A stretch of DNA of 64,000 nt from an uncultured Bacteroidales bacterium (GTDB lineage: Bacteria > Bacteroidota > Bacteroidia > Bacteroidales > CAIWKO01), in NCBI GenBank assembly GCA_903913285.1, contig CAIWKO010000067.1, positions 204 to 64,203 on the forward strand, written 5' to 3'. A program made the translations under genes and the position numbers. Positions within the stretch are counted from its first letter, which is position 1, and each line of letters opens with the position of its first letter. Below are positions 27,471 to 35,598 of this stretch, in pieces. Under the pieces are notes generated by a model that was not told the DNA's origin, did no database searches, and saw nothing but the letters and a program-made list of their open reading frames with translations.

Positions 27471-28925
27471 ATGAAACAACTATTTGCTGTCATAAAAAAA
27501 GAATACATACAGATCATCCGCGACATTCCCGGGCTGATAATTCTTTTTCTGATGCCGCTCATTCTCATCTTTGCCGTTACCGGAACACAGGAAAATGCAT
27601 TTAAAAAACTATACGACAACAAAGCCGATATCCTTTTTGTGGATAACGACCACGAATATCTCGGCAAAACGATTGAAGAAGGACTGAACAAATCGGGTTA
27701 TTTTCATGTGATCAAGGAAGTGGGAGGTGTTACGCTCGATACCACCACGGCGCAACGCGAAATAACTTCGGGCAACTATCAGGTGGGTATTGTGATCAAC
27801 AAAGGCGCTACACAATTTGCCCGGTCAAAAGCTGTTAAACGAATTCAGAAAAGTTTTGTGAGCGACAGCAATGCCGATACAAGCACTAACAAAGTTTTAA
27901 ACGATAATAATATCAGCATTTATTTCGATCCTACCACCCGCGAATCCTATAAAAATGCGGTAACAAGTTCGCTCGAGCGGCTGGTTCAATCGGTGGAAAT
28001 TAAAATGATACTCAGCACTTTTTTCGATGCATTGCCCAACGAACTCAACAAACAATTGCAGCCTCCGGTTAAAAAATTCCTGATCGGGCAGCTTAAAGAT
28101 ATGGAGCAGGTATTTACCGACGAACTGAAAAAACGCATGGGAAACAATCTGCCGTCGAATTTTAAGATCAATGCCCAACCGCGTGAGGTTAAGTTCGACA
28201 TTACCGAAGATATCCGCAAAGGCATAAAATTCAACGACGATCTGGAAAACGATAACCTGATAAGCATTGCGCAAAAGAATGCTCATAACGAAAATGCAGT
28301 CATAAAGCCGACATTGATACAGAACAATGTTCCTGCTTTTGCCTTGTTTGCCATGTTCTTTATTGTCATTCCGCTGGCAGGCAGTTTGCTTGCCGAACGT
28401 AAAGACGGAACTTATAACCGCATCCGAACCTTGCCGGTTACCTATTTTACCATTCTTTGGGGAAAGATAGCCGTTTATGTAACTATTTGTTTGCTTCAAT
28501 TGATATTGATGATTGTGGTGGGTATGTATTTCTTGCCGATGATCTACGGTATACCTGCGCTTTCACTGGGCAGTCATTTTGTGGCATTGATACTTGCAGC
28601 CTTTGCTTCCGCCTTTGCTGCCATAGGTTTTGGATTGCTGGTAGGAACATTTTCAACCACGCACAGTCAGGCGGGCATGTTCGGTGCCTTTATGGTTTTG
28701 ATACTTGCCATATTGGGTGGCATCTTTTTGCCCGTTTATATGATGCCGAAGCCGATGCAGGTTGTTAGTATAATTTCGCCGCTACGGTGGGGAATTGATA
28801 GTTTTTTGGATATATTTGTACGTAATGCGGGCCTGAAGGTCATCTGGCTGAATCTTACCCGCATGTTCGTGTTCTTTATTATTGCATTAATGCTTGCAGC
28901 GCTTACGTTTGTTAAAAGAAAATGA
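27471..28925 (+). CDS. ABC-2 type transporter permease
   Basis: One N-terminal TM helix, an extracytoplasmic segment of about 250 aa, then five C-terminal TM helices. Starts 4 nt after the ATPase gene. Confidence 0.8.
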   Translation: MKQLFAVIKKEYIQIIRDIPGLIILFLMPLILIFAVTGTQENAFKKLYDNKADILFVDNDHEYLGKTIEEGLNKSGYFHVIKEVGGVTLDTTTAQREITSGNYQVGIVINKGATQFARSKAVKRIQKSFVSDSNADTSTNKVLNDNNISIYFDPTTRESYKNAVTSSLERLVQSVEIKMILSTFFDALPNELNKQLQPPVKKFLIGQLKDMEQVFTDELKKRMGNNLPSNFKINAQPREVKFDITEDIRKGIKFNDDLENDNLISIAQKNAHNENAVIKPTLIQNNVPAFALFAMFFIVIPLAGSLLAERKDGTYNRIRTLPVTYFTILWGKIAVYVTICLLQLILMIVVGMYFLPMIYGIPALSLGSHFVALILAAFASAFAAIGFGLLVGTFSTTHSQAGMFGAFMVLILAILGGIFLPVYMMPKPMQVVSIISPLRWGIDSFLDIFVRNAGLKVIWLNLTRMFVFFIIALMLAALTFVKRK

Positions 28926-28951
28926 TTTTATAATTTAAAAGAGCTTTAATT

Positions 28952-29470
28952 ATGAAAGAAAAAGATGTTATCAGCGATTACAAAGTTCAGAAATACATAC
29001 TGTATGCCGAAAAGAACGACGGTTCATACGGAACTGTTGAAGGCGGCTCGTATATCATCGAAAATGATCTGGATGATTTCTGGCATAAAAAAAGCCATCT
29101 GGAAAAAACCTTGCGCGAACGATTATTGAAAAACGAGATCACCCCGGTATATTATTTTATGGTGCTGGAAGAAATGACGGTAGCTGAACTGGCTTCACGG
29201 GCAGGAATCGGCAAAGGCAAAGTGAAATGCCATCTGAAACCCGGTAGATTTCATAAAATAACATTGAACGATCTGCAGAAATATGCCAAAGTGTTCAACA
29301 TTCCGGTTGCGAATTTTTTCCAGATACTGCTGACTTCAACCGATCAGAATCCGAAATATCATTTCTATCATGAAGCGGAAACTAAAAAAGATACGTTTCA
29401 GATGACACAAACCCAAACTCAAAATCCGGCTTTAATTATAACAAAAGTGGAGGAACGAAATAATGGATAA
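28952..29470 (+). CDS. hypothetical protein with putative helix-turn-helix segment
   Basis: MTVAELASRAGIGKGKVKCHL...ITLNDLQKYAKVFNIPVANFF resembles an XRE-type HTH. Its stop overlaps the next start (ATGGATAA, 8-nt overlap). Confidence 0.5.
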   Translation: MKEKDVISDYKVQKYILYAEKNDGSYGTVEGGSYIIENDLDDFWHKKSHLEKTLRERLLKNEITPVYYFMVLEEMTVAELASRAGIGKGKVKCHLKPGRFHKITLNDLQKYAKVFNIPVANFFQILLTSTDQNPKYHFYHEAETKKDTFQMTQTQTQNPALIITKVEERNNG

Positions 29471-30470
29471 AGTAATTCCTTTTGAACATAAAATGTCGGC
29501 GCATTGCGAAACCGGCACACTCAGTTCGCAGCTGGCCTTTCACGGGCTCGAATTATCCGAATCGCTGATATTTGGCATCGGCAGCGGAATATTTTTCGGG
29601 TATTTCAACAACTCTAAATTTCCTTTTCCAACGTTTATAGTAAGAAACAAACCCGGACAGATCAGGAAGAATCTGACCAAACGTTTGGGAATAAAGTTTA
29701 CGAGCGAAACTTTTAAAACCGCAGAGCAAGCTCAAAACAAACTCGATGTGTTGTTGGAAAAAGGCATTCCGCCTGCCACACAGGTCGATTTCTTTTTTAT
29801 GGATTATTTGCCGCAGTATCTGCGGGTGCATATTAACGTGCATTTTATCAATGTGGTTGGCAAAACAAACGGCAACTACCTGATAAGCGATTGTTATTAT
29901 CCGAAAATTGTTGAACTGAAAGCTGAATCGCTCGAAAAAGGTCGGTTCGCGGGTGGAAGTATGGCGCCGAAAGGTTTCCTGTTCTACCCTTCGTTTATTC
30001 CGAAAGAATTTGATTACGAAAAAGCGGTTCGCAAAGGCATTAAAAAAGCCTGTTTCAATATGCTTAAAATCCCTATACCGTTTTTGGGCATAAAAGGCAT
30101 GAGGAAATTTGCAGATCATATAACCGAATGGCCTAAGCTGGCTATGGATAGCGAAGATCTGTCGCATCAGGTGAGCAAGATCAATATATTATTGGAAGAT
30201 CAGGGAACGGGTGGGGCAGGATTCAGGTTTATGTATGCCACATTCCTGAAACAAGCGGCAGAGATACTGAAGAAACCCGAATTGATCGATTTTTCGAAAC
30301 GCATGATGGAAAACGGCGATAAATGGCGCGAAATATCATTGAAGGCTGCCCGCATGGGCCGCGACCGCGACCTGAGTGTCGAAAAACTCAAAGAAGTTGG
30401 CGATCTGATACGGGAAAGGGCAGATGTTGAAGAACTTTTCTTTAAAGAATTGTCGAAAGCAGTAAAATAA
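29463..30470 (+). CDS. BtrH_N/DUF4872-like protein (papain-fold, ACP-dependent acyltransferase-like)
   Basis: N-terminal KMSAHCETGTLSSQLAFHGLELSESLIFGIGSGIFFGYF matches my recollection of the butirosin BtrH N-terminal domain (Cys15 in an HCE context). 335 aa is typical of BtrH_N + DUF4872 proteins. Assignment is from memory of the family, not a search. Confidence 0.65.
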   Translation: MDKVIPFEHKMSAHCETGTLSSQLAFHGLELSESLIFGIGSGIFFGYFNNSKFPFPTFIVRNKPGQIRKNLTKRLGIKFTSETFKTAEQAQNKLDVLLEKGIPPATQVDFFFMDYLPQYLRVHINVHFINVVGKTNGNYLISDCYYPKIVELKAESLEKGRFAGGSMAPKGFLFYPSFIPKEFDYEKAVRKGIKKACFNMLKIPIPFLGIKGMRKFADHITEWPKLAMDSEDLSHQVSKINILLEDQGTGGAGFRFMYATFLKQAAEILKKPELIDFSKRMMENGDKWREISLKAARMGRDRDLSVEKLKEVGDLIRERADVEELFFKELSKAVK

Positions 30471-30537
30471 TATTCGGGTAGTTTAGTATTAATATTAACT
30501 TATTGTTTTTTTATTTCATAAAATTCAGTAAAAAGGA

Positions 30538-30545
30538 TATTTTTG
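30538..30545 (+). promoter_or_regulatory. Bacteroidota -7 promoter box (TAnnTTTG), internal to the cluster
   Basis: tatttttg, 36 nt upstream of ATG 30582, within the only sizeable gap (111 nt) of the cluster. Confidence 0.45.
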
Positions 30546-30581
30546 CAGAAAATTAAGTCTTATAACTAAAAAGCTTAAATC

Positions 30582-30857
30582 ATGGACGAATCAAAAGACC
30601 TGAAACTGCGGATCAAGCAAATGATAGTGGAGACATTAAATTTAAATGATGTAGATCCTGTTGAGATCATTGATGATAAACCTTTGTTCAGCGGCGAAAA
30701 TATTATTACACTCGATTCAATTGACGGGATAGAATTGATCATGGCCATACAGCGAAATTTCGGTGTGCGCCTTGACGATCAGAATCTGGCCCGAAATATT
30801 TTAGAAACAGTGAACAGTATGGCGGAATTCATCACTGCTAATATCAAAGCTTCCTAA
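30582..30857 (+). CDS. stand-alone acyl/peptidyl carrier protein
   Basis: 91 aa, acidic. Phosphopantetheine attachment motif ITLDSIDGIELIMAIQ (DSI Ser) at the start of helix 2. Confidence 0.8.
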   Translation: MDESKDLKLRIKQMIVETLNLNDVDPVEIIDDKPLFSGENIITLDSIDGIELIMAIQRNFGVRLDDQNLARNILETVNSMAEFITANIKAS

Positions 30858-30867
30858 TACCATACCT

Positions 30868-31968
30868 ATGAAGAGTGCCTATCTTCTTGCAGGTATTCAA
30901 CCCCGGGTTTTTTTAAGACTTATACGCCATCACAAATTTACGTGGTTCCCACGATATATTTTTCGTTTTTTGTTTGTTCTGCAAAACTCGATTTGGGCAA
31001 CACTGTTTGCCTGGCGCGACCGAACAAAATACGGCAAAAAGGTAGCTGCCTATACGATGCCGAAAGATCCCGTGTTTATTATCGGTCACTGGCGAACCGG
31101 GAGCACTTTTTTGCATCAGTTGATGAGCCTCGATAAAAACCTTGCTGCTCCGAGCCTTTTTCAAACGGCCCAGCCCAATGGTTTTAAAAGCGGATATAAT
31201 TATTTCAGGCCTTTGATGAAACTCGCGCTGGGTAAAACCCGCCCGTTCGATAAAATGAAGAACAGTATGGACGAACCTCAGGAAGATGAGTTTGCTTTGG
31301 TGAGGCTGACCGGTTTTTCGCCCATGCTGGGACTGGTGTTCCCCAAAAAATTCTCGTTCTTTCTGAAGGAATATTTCCTGTTCTTGCCCGAAACGGCTGA
31401 TGAAATGCTGAATTGGGAAACCCAAACCCGAAAGTTCTATACCAAACTTGCCTGGAACAGTCAAAAGCAATTGGTGTTGAAAAACCCCTTCCATTCTTTT
31501 CGTATTCAGAAACTGCTTGAAATGTATCCCAAGGCAAAGTTCATTCATATTTACCGCAATCCTGTGGATGTGGTTCCGTCAACGGTGCGGATGTGGTCGA
31601 TAGTTGGGTCGCAGAACACGATGAACCGCTACTGGAAGAACCCTGAAATATCGGACGTTTCGGAAATACTGAATTCGCTTCTCGATAGGGTTGAACAGGA
31701 TAAGCATCTGATACCCCAGGGAGCCTATACCGAGATCAGGTTCGAAGATCTTGAACAGGATGCCGTGGCTGCTCTGAAAAAAGCCTATACGGATATCGGC
31801 CTTGAATTTTCGGAAGATTATGAACAGGTGATTCGGAAATATCTTGAAGAGATAACCGATTACGAAAAGAATAATTATTCGCTTCGGGACGGCGAAAAAG
31901 AGATTATTTTGCAGCATCTGAAGCCACATATAATACGTCAACATTATTTGCAGGATGAAAACAACTAG
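30868..31968 (+). CDS. sulfotransferase family protein
   Basis: 5'-PSB loop IIGHWRTGSTFLH and a 3'-PB-like FIHIYRNPVDVVPS. 366 aa. Confidence 0.75.
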   Translation: MKSAYLLAGIQPRVFLRLIRHHKFTWFPRYIFRFLFVLQNSIWATLFAWRDRTKYGKKVAAYTMPKDPVFIIGHWRTGSTFLHQLMSLDKNLAAPSLFQTAQPNGFKSGYNYFRPLMKLALGKTRPFDKMKNSMDEPQEDEFALVRLTGFSPMLGLVFPKKFSFFLKEYFLFLPETADEMLNWETQTRKFYTKLAWNSQKQLVLKNPFHSFRIQKLLEMYPKAKFIHIYRNPVDVVPSTVRMWSIVGSQNTMNRYWKNPEISDVSEILNSLLDRVEQDKHLIPQGAYTEIRFEDLEQDAVAALKKAYTDIGLEFSEDYEQVIRKYLEEITDYEKNNYSLRDGEKEIILQHLKPHIIRQHYLQDENN

Positions 31969-33268
31969 ATTTTTTCCGGCTATCGAACAGAAACCTTTGC
32001 CCGAGATCGTTAAATTTCAGGAAAAGCAACTGCGCGAAGAGTTGAAATATCTTCAGGCGTATTCGAAATACTATAAACGCCTGTTTAAAACTCACCGCAT
32101 CGATATCGGCAAGATCAAAACTTTAAGCGATCTGCAGCATATTCCGTTCACCACAAAGGATGATTTGCAGGAGTTCAACAAGGATTTTATTTGTGTGCCG
32201 AAAAGCAAAATTATTGATTATATCACCACTTCGGGAACCATGGGCGCGCCGGTTACTTTTGCCACCACCGACCACGACCTGCAACGCCTGACCTACAACG
32301 AAGCTATTTCATTTGCCTGTGCAGGCGCCGGAAGGAACGATATTTTTCAACTGATGACAACCATGGACCGCCGGTTTATGGCAGGCCTGGCTTATTTTAT
32401 GGGCTTGCGCGAACTGGGCACGGGCATCGTAAGGGTGGGGTCGGGGATGCCCGAACTGCATTGGGACAGCATTTTCAGGTTCAATCCCAATTATATGATC
32501 GTGGTGCCTTCGTTTATTTTGAAACTTATAGAATTTGCCGAAGCGCATCAGATCGATTACAGAAATTCGTCGGTGAAGAACGCCGTTTGCATCGGCGAAC
32601 CTTTGCGCAATGCCGACTTTTCGCTCAACACGTTGGGCGCACGCATCGCTAAAAAGTGGGATCTGAAATTGTATTCCACTTATGCTTCCACCGAAATGGC
32701 CGCTTCGTTCACCGAATGTAGTTGCGGCCTGGGCGGACATCAGCATCCCGAAATTATCATCACCGAATTTCTGGATGATAGTAATAATCCCGTTAAGGAA
32801 GGCGAAGCCGGCGAAATAACCATCACCACGCTGGGCGTTGAAGGCATGCCGCTGCTGAGGTTTAAAACAGGCGATGTGTGTTATCATTATAACGAACCCT
32901 GCCCCTGCGGCCGAAACACCATCAGGCTGGGGCCGGTTATCGGTCGCAAGCAACAGATGATAAAGTTTAAGGGCACTACCTTGTATCCGCCCGCGCTGTT
33001 CAACATACTGGACGATTTCGAGGTGATCGAAAATTATATAGTGGAAGTAACCACCAACGAAATAGGCACCGACAATGTTTTGATACGTATCGGGCTCAAG
33101 AAGGATGAAGATATCGCGCAAAAGCTTAAAGACAGGTTTCGCGCCAAGATACGCGTGGTGCCCGATATTTTGATACAGCCTGCTGCCGAAATAAACCGCA
33201 TGATGTTTCCCGAATCGAGCCGCAAGCCCGTTAAATTTATTGATAAAAGAGGGGCGAAGTTACCCTAA
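31955..33268 (+). CDS. PaaK/CapK/LuxE-type adenylate-forming enzyme (phenylacetate-CoA ligase family)
   Basis: AMP-binding motif TSGTMGAPVTF, YASTE, GD...RFKTGD. 437 aa, the size typical of PaaK/F390-synthetase-like proteins. Overlaps the sulfotransferase gene by 14 nt. Confidence 0.8.
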   Translation: MKTTRFFPAIEQKPLPEIVKFQEKQLREELKYLQAYSKYYKRLFKTHRIDIGKIKTLSDLQHIPFTTKDDLQEFNKDFICVPKSKIIDYITTSGTMGAPVTFATTDHDLQRLTYNEAISFACAGAGRNDIFQLMTTMDRRFMAGLAYFMGLRELGTGIVRVGSGMPELHWDSIFRFNPNYMIVVPSFILKLIEFAEAHQIDYRNSSVKNAVCIGEPLRNADFSLNTLGARIAKKWDLKLYSTYASTEMAASFTECSCGLGGHQHPEIIITEFLDDSNNPVKEGEAGEITITTLGVEGMPLLRFKTGDVCYHYNEPCPCGRNTIRLGPVIGRKQQMIKFKGTTLYPPALFNILDDFEVIENYIVEVTTNEIGTDNVLIRIGLKKDEDIAQKLKDRFRAKIRVVPDILIQPAAEINRMMFPESSRKPVKFIDKRGAKLP

Positions 33269-33324
33269 ATTGCAAATGCTAACCGCATAATGAAGCTAAA
33301 GCGCGATTTGTTATGAAATAATTG

Positions 33325-33332
33325 TATCTTTG
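33325..33332 (+). promoter_or_regulatory. Bacteroidota -7 promoter box (TAnnTTTG)
   Basis: tatctttg, 48 nt upstream of ATG 33380. Confidence 0.45.
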
Positions 33333-33379
33333 CACTTCCCGATCATTTGCTTACCACATAAAAAAATACTGAAATATAC

Positions 33380-34045
33380 ATGGAATACAACACACAAAGG
33401 CCTCTGCTGCGCATTTCGGAATACGGCAGAAATATTGAAAAAATGATAGAATTTGCCTGCGCCATCGAAGACCGCGAGCGCAGAAACCGGGCTGCCCGAA
33501 CCATCGTTTCTATCATGAGTCAGCTCAACAATCCGCAACGATTAGACACGCAAGAGTTCAAACAAAAAATGTGGGATCATCTTTTCATGATCTCGGAATA
33601 TAAGCTGGATGTGGATTCGCCTTTTCCGAAACCCGATCCGAACGTGAAGGAAATGGTGAAATATAAACTGGCCTATCCGAACAAATATATCCGCTTTCGC
33701 CAATACGGCAAACACGTTGAAAACATGATCGTGAAAGCTATCGACTATGCCGAAGGTGCGGAAAAAGATCTTTTGGTGAAACAGATTGCCAATCATCTGA
33801 AAAAACTTTACCTGAGCTGGAACCGCGATTCGGTTACCGACGAGGTGATTGCCGACCATTTGCTAACCCTTTCGGACGGCAAACTGAAACTGCCCGAAGG
33901 CGTGCGTTTGGAAAACGTGCGCGATTTGATCGCCCTCACCACCGTCAAGAAAAAACCTATGGCCGGCCGACCCGGCGACAACGGAAGATACCGCGACAAC
34001 AACAATAAGAACTGGCGGAAACGCATCGGCAGCAACGGCAAATGA
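33380..34045 (+). CDS. DUF4290 domain-containing protein
   Basis: MEYNTQRPLLRISEYGRNIEKMIEF... N-terminus and a basic C-terminal tail, as in the Bacteroidota DUF4290 family (recalled, not searched). Confidence 0.65.
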   Translation: MEYNTQRPLLRISEYGRNIEKMIEFACAIEDRERRNRAARTIVSIMSQLNNPQRLDTQEFKQKMWDHLFMISEYKLDVDSPFPKPDPNVKEMVKYKLAYPNKYIRFRQYGKHVENMIVKAIDYAEGAEKDLLVKQIANHLKKLYLSWNRDSVTDEVIADHLLTLSDGKLKLPEGVRLENVRDLIALTTVKKKPMAGRPGDNGRYRDNNNKNWRKRIGSNGK

Positions 34046-34122
34046 TACGCCGGCAGCAGGCTTTTTATCGAATTTAATAACCCTTTAAATATGCCCGCTT
34101 TTATCGGGCTTAGCATCGAAAT

Positions 34123-34881
34123 ATGGATACCATCAAAACAATTTCTGAGCACCGAAGCATCCGCAACTATAAAAATATTCCGATAGACGATGCCGTGCTC
34201 AACCAAATTTTGGAAGCTGCATCGAGGGCTTCGACCACGGGAAATATGCAGGTTTATAGCATCATCGTTACCCGCGACCCCGACAGAAAGAAACAACTCT
34301 GCGGCTATCATTTCGGGCAGAACATGGTGGTGCAGGCCCCGGTGCTGCTCACGTTTTGTGCCGATTTCAACCGTTTCAACCAATGGTGCCGGCAGCGCGA
34401 TGCCCAACCCGGCTACGACAACTTTCTTTCGTTCACCACGGCTGCCATCGATGCCATGCTGGCAGCTCAAAACGCGGCTCTGGCTGCCGAAGCGCTCGGC
34501 CTGGGCATTTGCTATCTGGGCACCACCACCTATAATGCCGACAAACTTATTGCGTTTTTCGAATGCCCAAAAGGCGTGGTTCCTATCACCACCCTCGTGG
34601 TGGGCTATGCCGGCGAAAACCCCGCGCTAACCGACCGCCTGCCGCTGAAAGCCATAGTGCATCACGAAAAATATGAAGCCTACTCCGCCGAAAAAATTGA
34701 TGAACTCTATGCCGAAAAAGAAGCGCTGCCGCTAACCAAACAACTCATCGAAGAAAATCAACTCGACAACCTGGCGCAGATTTTTACCCAAAAACGCTAC
34801 TCCAAAAAAGATAATGTTTATTTTTCGAAAAGCTTCCTGAAGGTGATACACGAGCAGGGGTTTATGAATAACGAGGAGTAG
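34123..34881 (+). CDS. NfsA-like NADPH-dependent nitroreductase family oxidoreductase
   Basis: HRSIRNYK..., ASRASTTGNMQVYSIIV, ICYLGT motifs. 252 aa. Confidence 0.8.
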   Translation: MDTIKTISEHRSIRNYKNIPIDDAVLNQILEAASRASTTGNMQVYSIIVTRDPDRKKQLCGYHFGQNMVVQAPVLLTFCADFNRFNQWCRQRDAQPGYDNFLSFTTAAIDAMLAAQNAALAAEALGLGICYLGTTTYNADKLIAFFECPKGVVPITTLVVGYAGENPALTDRLPLKAIVHHEKYEAYSAEKIDELYAEKEALPLTKQLIEENQLDNLAQIFTQKRYSKKDNVYFSKSFLKVIHEQGFMNNEE

Positions 34882-34956
34882 CCGCATACCAGCAGATAGG
34901 GAATAGTAATTTATAGAATTCCTGAACTTTGCCTCTTGTTTTCTGGAAGTAATACG

Positions 34957-35400
34957 CCCCTTTGCGGAAAAAAAAAACACCGTTGCGGTGTCATTATGCC
35001 CAATTTCGGAAACAAAAACACCAATTTCGGAACCATTGTACACGATTTCAGGGACAAAATACACCATTGCGGAGCTAGAAAACATCATTGCGGATCCATT
35101 GTGCACGATTGCGGAAACAAAAAACATGATTGCGGAAGCATTGTGCCCCATTGCGCAGCCTTCCGACACGAGTGCGTAACCAAAATACACGAGTGCGCGA
35201 CACTAGTGCCCCATTTCGGACCAAAAAACTCCATTGCGGAACCTTCGCACCCCACTGCGCAACCCTCGAACCCGACTGCGGAAACCTCATGCACCATTGC
35301 GGAGCATCAAACTTCATTGCGCACCCTTCGCGCCCCATTGCGGAAGCCTCAAACTTCATTGCGGAACCAAAATCCCCGACTGCGGAAGCCCGACGCTGGA
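34957..35400. repeat. 21-bp tandem repeat array E (about 21 units, core CATTGCGGAA)
   Basis: The T(G/T)CGG core recurs at 34963, 34984, 35005, 35026 and onward. 3' units include ccattgcggaaccttcgcacc, ccactgcgcaaccctcgaacc, cgactgcggaaacctcatgca. Units are more divergent than in arrays A and B. Confidence 0.88.
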
Positions 35401-35419
35401 GCCGCATTTTTCATAACAT

Positions 35420-35524
35420 AAAACTCAAAACTTAAAACTCTGAACAAAATCTTTCGGCTTCAGGCTTCGATCTTCGTGCCTTTCCCTGTTCCCTTTAGCC
35501 TACAGCCTAAAAGCCCAAAGCCTA
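35420..35524. repeat. heptamer-phased tract (15 units, unit identity drifts)
   Basis: aaaactc aaaactt aaaactc tgaacaa aatcttt cggcttc aggcttc gatcttc gtgcctt tccctgt tcccttt agcctac agcctaa aagccca aagccta. Confidence 0.75.
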
Positions 35525-35570
35525 AACAATAAATATTTCGCCTCAGCCATCAAAGTTCCAATTAATTTAG

Positions 35571-35578
35571 TAAATTTG
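35571..35578 (+). promoter_or_regulatory. Bacteroidota -7 promoter box (TAnnTTTG)
   Basis: taaatttg, 21 nt upstream of ATG 35599. Confidence 0.5.
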
Positions 35579-35598
35579 TTATGACAAATCTTTTGTAA

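Noticed and set aside
32309-33121. 270-aa ORF on the minus strand (and similar antisense ORFs at 30913-31548, 29553-30167, 27897-28499, 22813-23322, 23332-23940, 13173-13643, 14428-14934, 61561-62106)
   Set aside because: Each lies antisense within a gene with strong family motifs on the other strand. Their translations are compositionally skewed and lack motifs.
33808-34470. 220-aa ORF on the minus strand spanning the DUF4290 3' end, the intergenic spacer and the nitroreductase 5' end
   Set aside because: It overlaps two well-supported plus-strand genes and their spacer. Shadow ORF in a GC-richer stretch.
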